A stretch of DNA of 64,000 nucleotides from an uncultured Gammaproteobacteria bacterium (GCA_964551135.1 CAZKAT010000006.1:1822-65821), one strand, 5' to 3'. Positions 9,809-20,377 are shown, counted from the first letter of the stretch. Numbers and translations: made by a program. The notes: generated by a model from the sequence alone, not told the origin.

Positions 9809-10771
9809 ATTTAAATTACCAACCAGTTCAGTAATTTTCAGTCCGAAGCTATCGTCAATAGCGACTACTTCACCTCTAGCAACTAATTGATTATGTGCAT
9901 AAAGATCTATAGATTGATTGCAAGGTCTATCTAGTTCTATAGCTGAACCTTTGGTTAGTTTTAGAACATCTTTCATTAACATCTCTGAGCGACCTAGTTC
10001 TAGAATTAAATCCATATTGATATCGCGTATGAATCCTAAATTTCTTTTTTCGTTTACTTGATATTCAGAACCGGAATCTTTTTCTTCTGCTTTACTATCT
10101 TCATTGCTTGAAGTTAATCCACTAGATGATAAATATTCTTGTTTAACTTCTTCTGTGAATTTATTTTCGTCCAGATTAGTTATGATTTCGGCTAATTCTT
10201 CTACTATAAATGTAATGGTTTTAGAATTAAGCTCTAACTGTAGAGGAGCATCTAGCTTAGAAGCTATATTAATCTTAAAGCCAATGCCAATCGAGTCATT
10301 GACATCGTTTGGTAGGCTTAAACTTGCTTCTTCTGTAGTTTTAAGCGCTCTAGCTTCATGCTCACCAGCAATTAATTCTAATCCTTCCTTAAATTTTGAT
10401 AATCGTGCTAATGTCGAGTTGATCACTAACTTAACAGTTTCTGCAAATGCAGTTTCATTATTTTCGTTTGGAACAACATTATCGATAGCATTACTTGCGC
10501 TACCACTAGCTAATTCTGCGATAGTTACTACTTGTTGATTGCTGGCTATAATTGATATTGGACCTAAGTTATTTGAGCTAATAGGTGTTGCTATTAGAAA
10601 AGAATCTTTTTTAATAGCAATTTTCTTATTAAGCATTACTGAATCAATTAATCTTGAATAAGAAACTGTGACAGCACAATTAAGTAATGATGATAATTTA
10701 GCTGAAACTTCTATCGCAATAATTTTTGCTATTTTATTAAATTTATCTTCTACTGCTTGATCTAAGGACAT
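9776..10771 (-). CDS. Flagellar motor switch protein FliN/FliY-like
   Basis: C-terminal SpoA domain (LELGRSEM..DVLKL..GSAIELDR..LVARGEVVAIDDSFGLKIT); diverged CheC-like N-terminus. Confidence 0.85.
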   Translation of the reverse strand: MSLDQAVEDKFNKIAKIIAIEVSAKLSSLLNCAVTVSYSRLIDSVMLNKKIAIKKDSFLIATPISSNNLGPISIIASNQQVVTIAELASGSASNAIDNVVPNENNETAFAETVKLVINSTLARLSKFKEGLELIAGEHEARALKTTEEASLSLPNDVNDSIGIGFKINIASKLDAPLQLELNSKTITFIVEELAEIITNLDENKFTEEVKQEYLSSSGLTSSNEDSKAEEKDSGSEYQVNEKRNLGFIRDINMDLILELGRSEMLMKDVLKLTKGSAIELDRPCNQSIDLYAHNQLVARGEVVAIDDSFGLKITELVGNLNLAGDFGLQAK

Positions 10772-10876
10772 AGTTATATAAGTTATGCCTCAGAAGTTTT
10801 ACTTGGCATATCCATTACACGAACTAGTCTGAATAGTGGATGGCAGTGTTAAATCTAAAACTGGAATAACTAATTA

Positions 10877-12769
10877 ATGTTGGAAGCATTCTTAAGTTCT
10901 GCTGATTTAGCTAGTATAGGCTTGATTATTGGTATTGGTGGAGTTGCTATAGCTGGATTTTCGGTATTTAGATTTGCTTCAAGATTTCAGGAAGGAATAG
11001 ATTCTTTTGGTGAAATAGAATATATAGCACCTAGTAAGAATTACCAACCATTAGCTCAGGTATTTTATAAATTTGATCATGCAAGTAGTGAACAATGGCT
11101 TAACTGGGTATTTTGCCAAGAAAAAGCAGTGCAAGATCTTGCTTTTAATAAGCTGGCTGATTACTTAAAAGAACCTCTTGGAGAACTTGGCTCAATTACT
11201 GAAGAAGTAGTAAAAGTAGTAATTCAATTCAAAAGAACTGAAAGCTATTACATTCTTCTGGAGCTTGTTAGAAGTTCCATTAGATCTTGGGGGCAATTTA
11301 AAAGTATCAATTTGTTTTTTGAAATTGCTGCAAAAGGAATGATTAAACTCAATGAAGAAAATGGTTTTACTAATCTTAAAGAACATATTGATTTGATTAT
11401 TGAGCGAGATTCTAAAAGCTCAGATGTACTACTTATAAGTATGATTAGGGCTATAGGTATGATTAAGAATCCTAGAGCTGAAGTAGTAGATTACTTTTCT
11501 AAATTGGCTCTTAATAGAAACTGTAGTTTCAATTTCAAAAAAGAAGTATTAGAAGAGATCAGAAAGTTAGAAAATGATCTAGACAAATATCATGTCTACT
11601 TGGATATTTTGACAGGTTTCTTAAATGCTACAGTTCTAAAATTTAGTGACTCTGATCAAAAAGTTTTGGAAGAATTATTCACACATATTCAAAAATATAT
11701 AGAAGAGAATAAGCCAGAAATCTGGGAACTATTGGTACAATGCTGCCAGAAAGATAGTACAGCAGAGGTATTTATAGAACCTTTAACTGAATATTTAAAA
11801 TATCCAAAAAATCTAATTAGCTCAGAACAAATAGCATCTCTATTCTTAATACAAGAAGCTGCTATATTAGATCGAATCAAAGAAGCATTAGCTTTGCGAT
11901 TTGCTTTCAGTGAGCAAGATTACAAACTTATCAATAAATCTTTTAAGGAGGATTTAGAATTTGATATTAAAGCTGTGAGCTTAGAAAAATCTAAAAAAAC
12001 AAAAAATGTGATTAATGATTTATTAGATGAATATCGTCAATTAGAGGCTGTTATTACTGCAAATTTGATACAACTCACTAAAAGTGAGAAGCGGGGAATT
12101 AATAGCATTACAACAATATTAGGTGAAGCAGAGGCTGAAAAGCTTTACTTAATGAGAATTTTAGCTGCAAATCTAAATCATAGTTTTCTGTATATTGATT
12201 TGGATTTAATTCTAAGTTCTAATTATGATTTAACTGAGTTAAAAACCAAAATTAATAACTCTAAGCCATGTATTCTGTATCTTGCTTCATTGAAAGACTT
12301 TCTTCTGAAAGATTTTGATAATGATCAAAAAATTTATGCTAAAAAATTGATAAATCTAGCTACTGAAATGTCTAAATCTCCAACTGTTAAAGTTATAGCT
12401 AGCCTAATCGATAATCAAGATTCTATTAACAGCAATGTTGATCTCAAAAAGATACTAGAAAAGGGTTCTAAGGGGAGATTTGATCTTAGTATCAGCATGA
12501 ATCAACCTGACTCGGCAATAAGAAGAGATCTAATTAATAATCAAATAAAGGAAATAAATGCTAGTAGAATCAACGAGAAATTCAATATTGAAGAACTTGT
12601 TTCTATTTTGGATAATTCTTCTAAAATCGAAATATTGAAATTCTTAAATAGTTATTTCAGTACTAGCCTATTTACACAGGGTAAATTATTAGCTGTTAAT
12701 GACTTTATTGGGTTTCAACAAACTGGAAAGCTTAATATTAAATTAGAAGAAGTAGAATTAAACGTTTAA
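10877..12769 (+). CDS. Membrane-anchored protein with degenerate C-terminal AAA+ domain
   Basis: N-terminal TM; GEAEAEK at the Walker A position; GRFDLSISMNQPDSAIRRDLI resembles the FtsH-clade GRFDR..PD...R segment. Confidence 0.6.
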   Translation: MLEAFLSSADLASIGLIIGIGGVAIAGFSVFRFASRFQEGIDSFGEIEYIAPSKNYQPLAQVFYKFDHASSEQWLNWVFCQEKAVQDLAFNKLADYLKEPLGELGSITEEVVKVVIQFKRTESYYILLELVRSSIRSWGQFKSINLFFEIAAKGMIKLNEENGFTNLKEHIDLIIERDSKSSDVLLISMIRAIGMIKNPRAEVVDYFSKLALNRNCSFNFKKEVLEEIRKLENDLDKYHVYLDILTGFLNATVLKFSDSDQKVLEELFTHIQKYIEENKPEIWELLVQCCQKDSTAEVFIEPLTEYLKYPKNLISSEQIASLFLIQEAAILDRIKEALALRFAFSEQDYKLINKSFKEDLEFDIKAVSLEKSKKTKNVINDLLDEYRQLEAVITANLIQLTKSEKRGINSITTILGEAEAEKLYLMRILAANLNHSFLYIDLDLILSSNYDLTELKTKINNSKPCILYLASLKDFLLKDFDNDQKIYAKKLINLATEMSKSPTVKVIASLIDNQDSINSNVDLKKILEKGSKGRFDLSISMNQPDSAIRRDLINNQIKEINASRINEKFNIEELVSILDNSSKIEILKFLNSYFSTSLFTQGKLLAVNDFIGFQQTGKLNIKLEEVELNV

Positions 12770-14512
12770 TGTAAAATAGAATGTTGTGCCTTCATCTAAT
12801 TTAGATTCAACCCAGATCTTGCCTCCATGCCTATCGATAATTCGTTTTACCAAAGCTAATCCTACTCCAGAACCATCTGGATAAGTACTTTGTGAATTAA
12901 GGCTTCTAAACATTTCAAATACTTCGGAAAAATGCTTAGAATCAATGCCAATGCCATTGTCTTTAACATAGAAAGTTATATTTTTAGGAGTGTTGATAAT
13001 ATAGCCAATTTCAATTTTTTTATGTTCATGTTTGTTATAGTGGATAGCATTAACGATTAGTTTGTTAAATACCTCTCCAACGCGAACACTATCACAGACT
13101 AAACTTGGTAAACGTTTAGGAATAATGATCTCAGTGTTAGTTTCTTTAATATATGAATCTAAGGAAAAAATTACGTCATTAACAATTTGTTGTAGATCGG
13201 ACATTTGCATAGAAAATTCTATTCTATTCAAACGAGAAAACTCAAGAATCGAGTCAGTTAAATTGATTAATTTTATACAAAGCTCTCTTGCAGTATTAAT
13301 CATAGCGATGCCTTTTGCATCTAATTTATCTCTGTAATTTTCTAGAAAGAGATCAGCTTGATTGTATATGCCTCTAATTGGTTCTTTAAGGTCATGTGAG
13401 GTGATATATGCAAACTTATCTAATTCTTCATTGGAAAGCTTGAGCGATAAAGTTCGCTCTGTGACCGCTTCTTGGATCTCTTCTTCTCTGCGTCGAATTT
13501 TCCATAAGTAAATAGATAGTAGAATAGCCAAAGCTGTAATGCATAAAGAAAAGAATAATGATGGATAAATATTAATAGGTTTAATATATTGTTTAGGAGG
13601 AGATGTCATTAATATGAAATTAGCACCTGCCCAATTGAAAGATTCACTATAAAAATATTTAGATGAAGACTTGAGCTTATTTATCTCAATTGGTTCAGGC
13701 TCAGTACTTGCTATCTCAATAAAGGTAGATTTATCCTTATCTTGGAAATATATATGTAATTCAGTATCATTTAGTTCAGCTTTTGATAAAACATGCTGCA
13801 AAACATCATCAAAACTTACTAATATAGTAAGTAGACCAAGTAGATGTTCTTTTGTAGCTGCATTATTGAAATCCCGTGCAGCCTCGTCAAAGAGCGGTTT
13901 CACTATAGGATAAGTATGACCAGGAATTGATTCTATATCTTTAAACATACACCAATGTGCATTAGCATCATGAAGGGATTCTATAAATAGCTTTCTTTCT
14001 GAAATAGCATTCCAATCAAAACCTAATAGATGACTAGTAATTACTCTTGGTCTTGAATAATATACTGGGAAGTAAATATCGCTTAGATAGTCTTCTTGCC
14101 AATTACCATATTCATCTAATTTCTTGAAATTATAATTTTTAAGATCGGTTGCTCTTGCTTCATTGATTAATGCTTGTTTTTTATTAGCCGTAACTCTAGG
14201 TAGCCACTGTAAAGCTTTAACACCTGGTTGATCCTTTAAGACTATTCGTGAAAATTGTTCAAATTCTGCTCTATCGACATAAATACTAGATTTATAAAGT
14301 GCAACTAAAGAGTCTAGAATATTTAAACTCGAGTTTAATTCTGTTTCAACTTTTGAAATAATATTTTTAGCATATAGATCTGAGCTACGAATATATTCTT
14401 GCTGCTCATTTTGATATAAGGATAAAAAAGAGAAAACCGAAAAGAATATTCCAAAAACTAAAACAAAAATGATTGGAGCATGTCTTCTAACAAATCGTTT
14501 TGTATATAACAA
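12758..14512 (-). CDS. CHASE-domain sensor histidine kinase
   Basis: Two TMs around a CHASE-like region (WLPRV, YFPVYY); H-box SHDLKEPIR; G boxes DNGIGI and GSGVGL. Confidence 0.9.
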   Translation of the reverse strand: MLYTKRFVRRHAPIIFVLVFGIFFSVFSFLSLYQNEQQEYIRSSDLYAKNIISKVETELNSSLNILDSLVALYKSSIYVDRAEFEQFSRIVLKDQPGVKALQWLPRVTANKKQALINEARATDLKNYNFKKLDEYGNWQEDYLSDIYFPVYYSRPRVITSHLLGFDWNAISERKLFIESLHDANAHWCMFKDIESIPGHTYPIVKPLFDEAARDFNNAATKEHLLGLLTILVSFDDVLQHVLSKAELNDTELHIYFQDKDKSTFIEIASTEPEPIEINKLKSSSKYFYSESFNWAGANFILMTSPPKQYIKPINIYPSLFFSLCITALAILLSIYLWKIRRREEEIQEAVTERTLSLKLSNEELDKFAYITSHDLKEPIRGIYNQADLFLENYRDKLDAKGIAMINTARELCIKLINLTDSILEFSRLNRIEFSMQMSDLQQIVNDVIFSLDSYIKETNTEIIIPKRLPSLVCDSVRVGEVFNKLIVNAIHYNKHEHKKIEIGYIINTPKNITFYVKDNGIGIDSKHFSEVFEMFRSLNSQSTYPDGSGVGLALVKRIIDRHGGKIWVESKLDEGTTFYFTLNV

Positions 14513-14614
14513 TTAACCTTATCTCCATCTCTATCGGAAAGAATCACTTAGTGTTTTATACCCAATCATAAGTAGAATATTTGAATGAATTTACAGGTAA
14601 AATAATAATCAAAA

Positions 14615-16063
14615 TTAAGCAGCTTCTGTAAATATTGGCTGTGAGTGTTTAAATTTCTCAAGCATCTCAGCCTTAGGCATGGTCATTAAATGAGAACCAA
14701 ATTGTTTTAGATTAGCTAAACGTCCTTCTTTCTTAGCTGCTTCTATTTCAGTTTTAAAGGCTTTTTCAAGTTTATCGGCTTTAGTTATGCCACGATATTT
14801 TTGAGTTCTGAAGCCCATTTCGTAGAGTGTGGCATGCTCGTTCCAGTCCCCTTCTACCATGACCCTACCACCAAATTTTTTATCCTTCTGTGCGATCTCC
14901 ATCGGAATCTGAAACAAAGCTTCGTTAAGATTCTTAAAATCCTTACTTAAAGTTTCATGTATCTCTATAGCAATTTTGGATGCTGGTTTCTTTGCTCCCC
15001 AACCAAATAAATAACCATTACCATATTGTGAGAATGGAGATGATGCGTCATAGCTACCACAATAGTCACGCACCTTTCCATCTTTTTCATCAATATTCAT
15101 TTTGTTAACTTGTATTGAGCCGAGTTCTTTACCTTCTGCATTAATTTTATAGACATCTAATCCTGTGCTTGGGTCAGATACTTTAGTCACTTCTGCTTCT
15201 ACCTTAGTCTTACCATCATTCTTAATAAGTTGTACTTTACCTTTCTCGAAATTATCAGCTTCAAAGATTGGAGACTTGTTGATCAGCTTCTTCCATTTAC
15301 TGCGACCAGATGAAGGCAAATACATAGTAGTACAACCAAGAAGTTCAGTATTAGCTTGCTCTGCTGAGCCAGCTTTCTCTATTTGCTCTGCTATATATTG
15401 GTCACATTTCTTAGCTGATATAGTATCCATACCCTTTCTGTCTTGTAGATGTAGACCTTGATTGAAATGAGACTGACCACTATTCCAACTGGTAATTAGC
15501 TGTATGCCTTTAAGTTCAATAGCTTCTTTTTCAAGCTCTTGTAAACGTTCTAAAGCAATCTGATTGAATCTTTCAAGTACTGCTCCAAAGCGGTTAGGAT
15601 CTTTAGATGCAATAAACTCGAAGGAAATTTTGGCACTAGGAGCCTTGTCTGTTTCAAATCCTGTAAGAACTGAAGCTTCTCTAATGCTAGTGGCAAGTGA
15701 ACTTTCATCCTTAGCAGGTTCTTCACCTCTGTCTATCTTCATTTCACGAAAAGCAATTACCTCACCATTATGTACAAGTTTATAAATCTCTTCATTATCC
15801 TTGGTAACTTTTATTACATCTACATCAATATTTTTTCCAGCTTCTTTATCTCTGATTTGAGTTTGTCCAACTTTCTTGCCTTCAGCAGAATCGAAATATT
15901 CTTTTAAGTGTCCGAAGTGAATGACCGGTTTTTTATCGGGCTTACTTAAGTTCTTTGGCTCAGTAGTTTTAATTGGAGCTGAATCTTCAACCTTGCTCTT
16001 TGGCCTTAGATGAGATACTGCTTTAGCAGAAGAAATTGGACTTGTTGTAGCTGTAATTGACAT
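14615..16063 (-). CDS. Hypothetical protein with two tandem homologous (possibly GNAT-like) domains
   Basis: S/T/P-rich N-terminus followed by an internal duplication, each half ending in PIF. Confidence 0.7.
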   Translation of the reverse strand: MSITATTSPISSAKAVSHLRPKSKVEDSAPIKTTEPKNLSKPDKKPVIHFGHLKEYFDSAEGKKVGQTQIRDKEAGKNIDVDVIKVTKDNEEIYKLVHNGEVIAFREMKIDRGEEPAKDESSLATSIREASVLTGFETDKAPSAKISFEFIASKDPNRFGAVLERFNQIALERLQELEKEAIELKGIQLITSWNSGQSHFNQGLHLQDRKGMDTISAKKCDQYIAEQIEKAGSAEQANTELLGCTTMYLPSSGRSKWKKLINKSPIFEADNFEKGKVQLIKNDGKTKVEAEVTKVSDPSTGLDVYKINAEGKELGSIQVNKMNIDEKDGKVRDYCGSYDASSPFSQYGNGYLFGWGAKKPASKIAIEIHETLSKDFKNLNEALFQIPMEIAQKDKKFGGRVMVEGDWNEHATLYEMGFRTQKYRGITKADKLEKAFKTEIEAAKKEGRLANLKQFGSHLMTMPKAEMLEKFKHSQPIFTEAA

Positions 16064-16150
16064 ATTAATACGTATTTAAATGCTATCAGCAAATGGTTGT
16101 AAATACAAGATATTTTGTGAAAATTAAGAGGATTTAATCTATTTAATAAC

Positions 16151-17125
16151 TTAGATATTCACTATTTGCTTACTAGGTTCATATCCAAGCTTTTCTTGCA
16201 TGGACTGGATCATAGGCTCTATTCTTGCAAGTAGCTCAGCATTCTTTTTCCATTTATCAGGATTAGGTTTAGTGTTGGTGGAAACTACTGGAAGATCCTC
16301 AGCTTGTTTCTTAATTTCACCTTCAAAAGGAATATCGATAAACATACACAGTTCACGAATATGTTTCTCTGGATTAGAGGTTAGATCTTCATACCTAATC
16401 TGTGTCCATCTCTTAGGATCTATCTTAGATAGAGACTCTTGAGTATATTTATGTGCTGATAACCACTGGAACGCACAAACCTCTTCTAGACTCTTGTCCA
16501 GGTACTCTTCCCAACCTGGAGGATTAGTGAATTTCCAAACTTTACCATCGTAACCTTTAATCTTAAGGCGTTTATTATAATCCCAGAACTTGCGGAAGCT
16601 GAAATTAAATCTCTTCTCAGAACGCCAGCCTTCTATTAATGAACTGATATTAGTCTTACCTTCTCTTACTATATAGATGAACTTAGCATCAGGATAGGCT
16701 TTGGCAAGGTAAGAGACACGATAAGTATTTGGTGGGGTTTTGTCTAATATCCTATACTCGTTAACCAAAAGTGATTTGATAGGTTTAACTATAAGTTCCG
16801 AGAATAATTCATGTAAAGGTTTGAGTTGTGCTTTGAAACTATTATTCAAGAATACATAACGTATAAGATCAGCACTAAGTTTATTGTTAAAAGTAAATTT
16901 ATGATATTGATTGTCGAGATATTTTTTATCTTCTTCTTTAAAATCATCTTCTCCCATATACATGGAAAATATCCAATCACGTGGATCTGGTAGAAATTTC
17001 TCCCAGAGATAATGAGATTCACGGTAAGATGCCCAAAGCTCTGGGCTACTACCTAATATCGTAGACAGTAATGTAGTACCGGAACGCGGACAGCCAATTA
17101 TAAAAACAGGATCTTTGATTTGCAT
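16151..17125 (-). CDS. Sulfotransferase
   Basis: 5'-PSB motif FIIGCPRSGTT, DKTP, KFIYIVRE and RYEDL. Confidence 0.92.
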   Translation of the reverse strand: MQIKDPVFIIGCPRSGTTLLSTILGSSPELWASYRESHYLWEKFLPDPRDWIFSMYMGEDDFKEEDKKYLDNQYHKFTFNNKLSADLIRYVFLNNSFKAQLKPLHELFSELIVKPIKSLLVNEYRILDKTPPNTYRVSYLAKAYPDAKFIYIVREGKTNISSLIEGWRSEKRFNFSFRKFWDYNKRLKIKGYDGKVWKFTNPPGWEEYLDKSLEEVCAFQWLSAHKYTQESLSKIDPKRWTQIRYEDLTSNPEKHIRELCMFIDIPFEGEIKKQAEDLPVVSTNTKPNPDKWKKNAELLARIEPMIQSMQEKLGYEPSKQIVNI

Positions 17126-17135
17126 AGTTAAATAG

Positions 17136-18125
17136 TTAATTAATTACATGAAAAACAACTCTCACAAATTTACGCCAACCAATAGTCAAATACTCATAAG
17201 CGATTTTTATTTTTTGAGAGAAACTTAGTTTAGTAGTTGGTACTGCATAAGAGAGTTCTAGCAGAGGTCTTCTAAGTATGTAATTAAGAATGGCTTGATC
17301 GTCTTTACTAAGTTCTTTAGACCAAGCACCGATTCTACTAGAGTCTAGATCTTGTTTGGACTTGTGTTTCCATGAGCTTTCCCAAGGTGAGAAGATCTCT
17401 ACATCAGATTTAGATTCCTGTAATATTTTTGTTTCAAATTTTTCACCGATAAACTCACAAATCTGTTTCAGGCTGGCATTTGGTTCATTGAGTAACTCTT
17501 CATATTTGATCGTTAATAAATTATCAGGAAGATCGCCTAGCTGCTTCCTTAGATCTTGACCGAGTTTGATGTATTGAATCCAGAATCTAGCGTTGTTAAT
17601 TAAACCGTCTGGTCTCCAAGGCATTTTTAATAGAGAGTTAACTGTGTCTCTACCATCTCTTATAAGATGAATAAATTTGGCTTGAGGATAGAGTTTTAAT
17701 ATTTCTTGGATATTGTAGAGATGTTGCGGAGTCTTTTCGCAGAATCTAGTTTTATTTCTTTTCTCCAGTAAGCTATTCATTAAAACATCAAAGACCTGCT
17801 TTTTATAAAAATCATCAGGGTCTAATTTGGACTGACTTTTATCGCTAGTACTATCTATGAATTTTTGTATTAAAGTTTCTTCTTCGGCTTGAATAAGATT
17901 AGTAAAATCACTAATTCTGGATTCTTCAAGTAGACGCTTAAAAGTACTTAGATCAAAATGTTTCCAGTCATAATTATTCTTAGAGACAAAATTGAAGAAA
18001 TGGGTTTCAGTAGCTGAAGCAATCTTAGAATGACGATTAAGAATTGACGCCAATATAGTAGTACCAGAACGCGGACAACCAACGATAAATATAGGGTTTT
18101 CACATTTAATCTGAGTTTTAACCAT
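17136..18125 (-). CDS. Sulfotransferase
   Basis: FIVGCPRSGTT, EKTP, KFIHLIRDGRD and KYEEL. Confidence 0.92.
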   Translation of the reverse strand: MVKTQIKCENPIFIVGCPRSGTTILASILNRHSKIASATETHFFNFVSKNNYDWKHFDLSTFKRLLEESRISDFTNLIQAEEETLIQKFIDSTSDKSQSKLDPDDFYKKQVFDVLMNSLLEKRNKTRFCEKTPQHLYNIQEILKLYPQAKFIHLIRDGRDTVNSLLKMPWRPDGLINNARFWIQYIKLGQDLRKQLGDLPDNLLTIKYEELLNEPNASLKQICEFIGEKFETKILQESKSDVEIFSPWESSWKHKSKQDLDSSRIGAWSKELSKDDQAILNYILRRPLLELSYAVPTTKLSFSQKIKIAYEYLTIGWRKFVRVVFHVIN

Positions 18126-18184
18126 CTCTATTAGTCATTATACATTATTATATACTTAGGGTTCCTAACCTGCCTTATCATTAC

Positions 18185-19294
18185 GTGGAAGACGAAGACA
18201 TAATTAAAATACCTGCTCTAACTATAGTTATATCTACCTATAACCATGCTGCATCTTTAGATAAATTATTAAAACAGTTATTCTCTCAATTTAGAGAGTT
18301 ATTAGTCTATGCCAAGAAAGCTAAAGATTTAATTGAAGATATTGAGTTACTAATTGTGGATAATGCTTCTACTGATAGAACTGCAGATTTGATCTGTAAT
18401 ATTATTGCTGAGAAGAAAAATTTTAACTTAGAGACTAGATATATTATTGAAAAAGAAGAAGGTCTGTCGGTAACTCGCAATCGTGCCATTAAGGAAGCTA
18501 AGGGAGATAATCTAGTTTTTATCAATGATGAGATTGAGCTTGCTGATCTCTGGCTTAAAGAAGTTTACGATATTGCTAAGCAAAGATTAGCCATGCTAAT
18601 TTATGGTGCTAGAGTAAAAGCTAAATGGGGACAAGATTTACCAGAGTGGTTGAATTTGGAACCACCTTTTGCGATAAAACATTCATGCTTCCCAATGCAT
18701 GATTATGGTGAAGGAGAAAAAAATTATCCTTTTAGTATTGGTAGGGAAGATTCATTATTGGTAAAAGATGAATATGATAATGGTGATGCTCCAGTAGGAC
18801 TCTTTGTTAATGATATAAGTATGGTTCGTAAGTTGCAGTTGAAACTTAACGAGCTCACAGATTATAAAGTTGAAATGCCTAATGGCTCTTGCTTCTTAAT
18901 ATCCAAGGATGTGTTTAAAGTTTTACATGGTTTTAGTACTGATCTTGCAGATGTTGGTGCTATTCGGGATTTTGCTGAAGAAAGAGAGTTCTTTAATCGC
19001 GCTGTGCAAGCAGGTTTGGAGCTTAAATATCAACCTTGCATATTAGTTTCACATGCCATAGACAAAAAACTTCTAACTAAGAAATATATACTTGAAGCTT
19101 ATAGGCGCTGGGGCTTTATGACAGGCTATTTGCAAGAGGCACCAGTGAAAAATAATTTGAAACTAAAGTTATACTGCTTTAAAATACTACTTTACTTAAG
19201 TTACTTATTGATAGATCCAATTAAAAGCTTTTGGTTAGAGGCTCAATGCTATGAGATTAAAGGTGAGATGCAGGGGCTTGGAGTAAAAAATTAA
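18185..19294 (+). CDS. Glycosyltransferase family 2
   Basis: IVISTYN, IVDNASTD and GLSVTRN; the DxD motif is altered to NDE. Confidence 0.8.
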   Translation: MEDEDIIKIPALTIVISTYNHAASLDKLLKQLFSQFRELLVYAKKAKDLIEDIELLIVDNASTDRTADLICNIIAEKKNFNLETRYIIEKEEGLSVTRNRAIKEAKGDNLVFINDEIELADLWLKEVYDIAKQRLAMLIYGARVKAKWGQDLPEWLNLEPPFAIKHSCFPMHDYGEGEKNYPFSIGREDSLLVKDEYDNGDAPVGLFVNDISMVRKLQLKLNELTDYKVEMPNGSCFLISKDVFKVLHGFSTDLADVGAIRDFAEEREFFNRAVQAGLELKYQPCILVSHAIDKKLLTKKYILEAYRRWGFMTGYLQEAPVKNNLKLKLYCFKILLYLSYLLIDPIKSFWLEAQCYEIKGEMQGLGVKN

Positions 19295-19309
19295 TATTCT
19301 ATAACTACT

Positions 19310-20327
19310 TTATAAATTCCTCTCTAAAATCTCTTTCTCCTTTAGGAGCTCTATTTTCAGTTCTTCTTCAGTAGGCAAATATAGCTTATATCTTGATGCA
19401 AAAATTTGCTTATTGTCTTCTGGGAGCGTGAATTTTACGACAGCATCGCTTTTGTCAGCACACAATACAATTCCTATAGGCTCGATATCATCTTCATTCA
19501 TTTTTTCGCGAGTATAGTAATTAACATACATTTGCATTTGTCCTAAATCTTGATGAGTTAATTTACCGATTTTAAGATCTATCAGTACAAAACATTTAAT
19601 TTGATAATTAAAAAAGACAAGATCAACGTAAAAGTTTTCATCATCCATAATAATTCTTTGTTGCCTTGCTACAAACGAAAAACCTTTACCAAGCTCAAGT
19701 AAGAATTGTTGTAAATGCTCAATTAAAGCTGATTCTAAATCTCTCTCAAATAGTTTTGCACTTTGTGGTAACCCTAGAAATTCTAAAACATATGGATCTT
19801 TAACTAAATCTTGAGGTTCTAATATATATTTGTTGTCCTTCTTTTGCGATTGCTAGGACTTTTGATTTTTCTTTGCTCAAAGTTAACCTTTCAAACAATA
19901 AGGAATTTATTTGTCTTTCAAGTTCTCTTGTGGACCATTGATTATTTGAGCACTCCACTTCATAAAACGAGCGTTTAGATGATTCCACTATACTAATTAA
20001 TAACCTATAATGGGTCCAGCTTAATTCGGCACGCACTGCGTGCCAATTCTCATAAATCCTGTAAAATTGCCTCATTGCTCTTAGATTACGCCGAGTAAAT
20101 CCCTTCCCAAAGGCTTCTATTAACTGATCAGATAGATTGTCGATAATAGCTTTTCCATATTTAGCACGATCTTTACCATTCTGTTCCTCTTCAACTATTT
20201 CTTTACCAATTTGCCAGTAAGTTTTTACTATTTCTTGATTGATAGTTCTTAAAATCGTGCTTCTCGAACCTTCAATTATAGGCGCTACTCTGTCATATAA
20301 AGCTTTTCTCGCTTCCACTTCTTTCAT
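19310..20327 (-). pseudogene. Frameshifted DUF1016/YhcG PD-(D/E)XK nuclease family gene
   Basis: N-half has YWQIG, LSWTHY and WSTRELERQI; C-half has KDPYVLEFL, LELGKGFSFVARQ, VDLVF and GQMQMY; frameshift at an AT repeat around 19821-19830. Confidence 0.9.
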
Positions 20328-20377
20328 GTGACAAATTGTATTTGGGGTATTGTGCTGCTAAAACTAAACTTAGAACT

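Noticed and set aside
10800-10850. c-di-GMP-I riboswitch-like hairpin between fliN/fliY and the pseudo-AAA gene
   Set aside because: Only an imperfect ATCCATTA/TAGTGGAT stem; no GNRA loop, GCAAA linker or P3
14530-14575. Sigma-28 promoters (TCCGATAG here on the minus strand; also AACGATAA at 2218 and GTCGATAA near 37096)
   Set aside because: The -35 elements or spacing are off-consensus, which is too weak in AT-rich DNA
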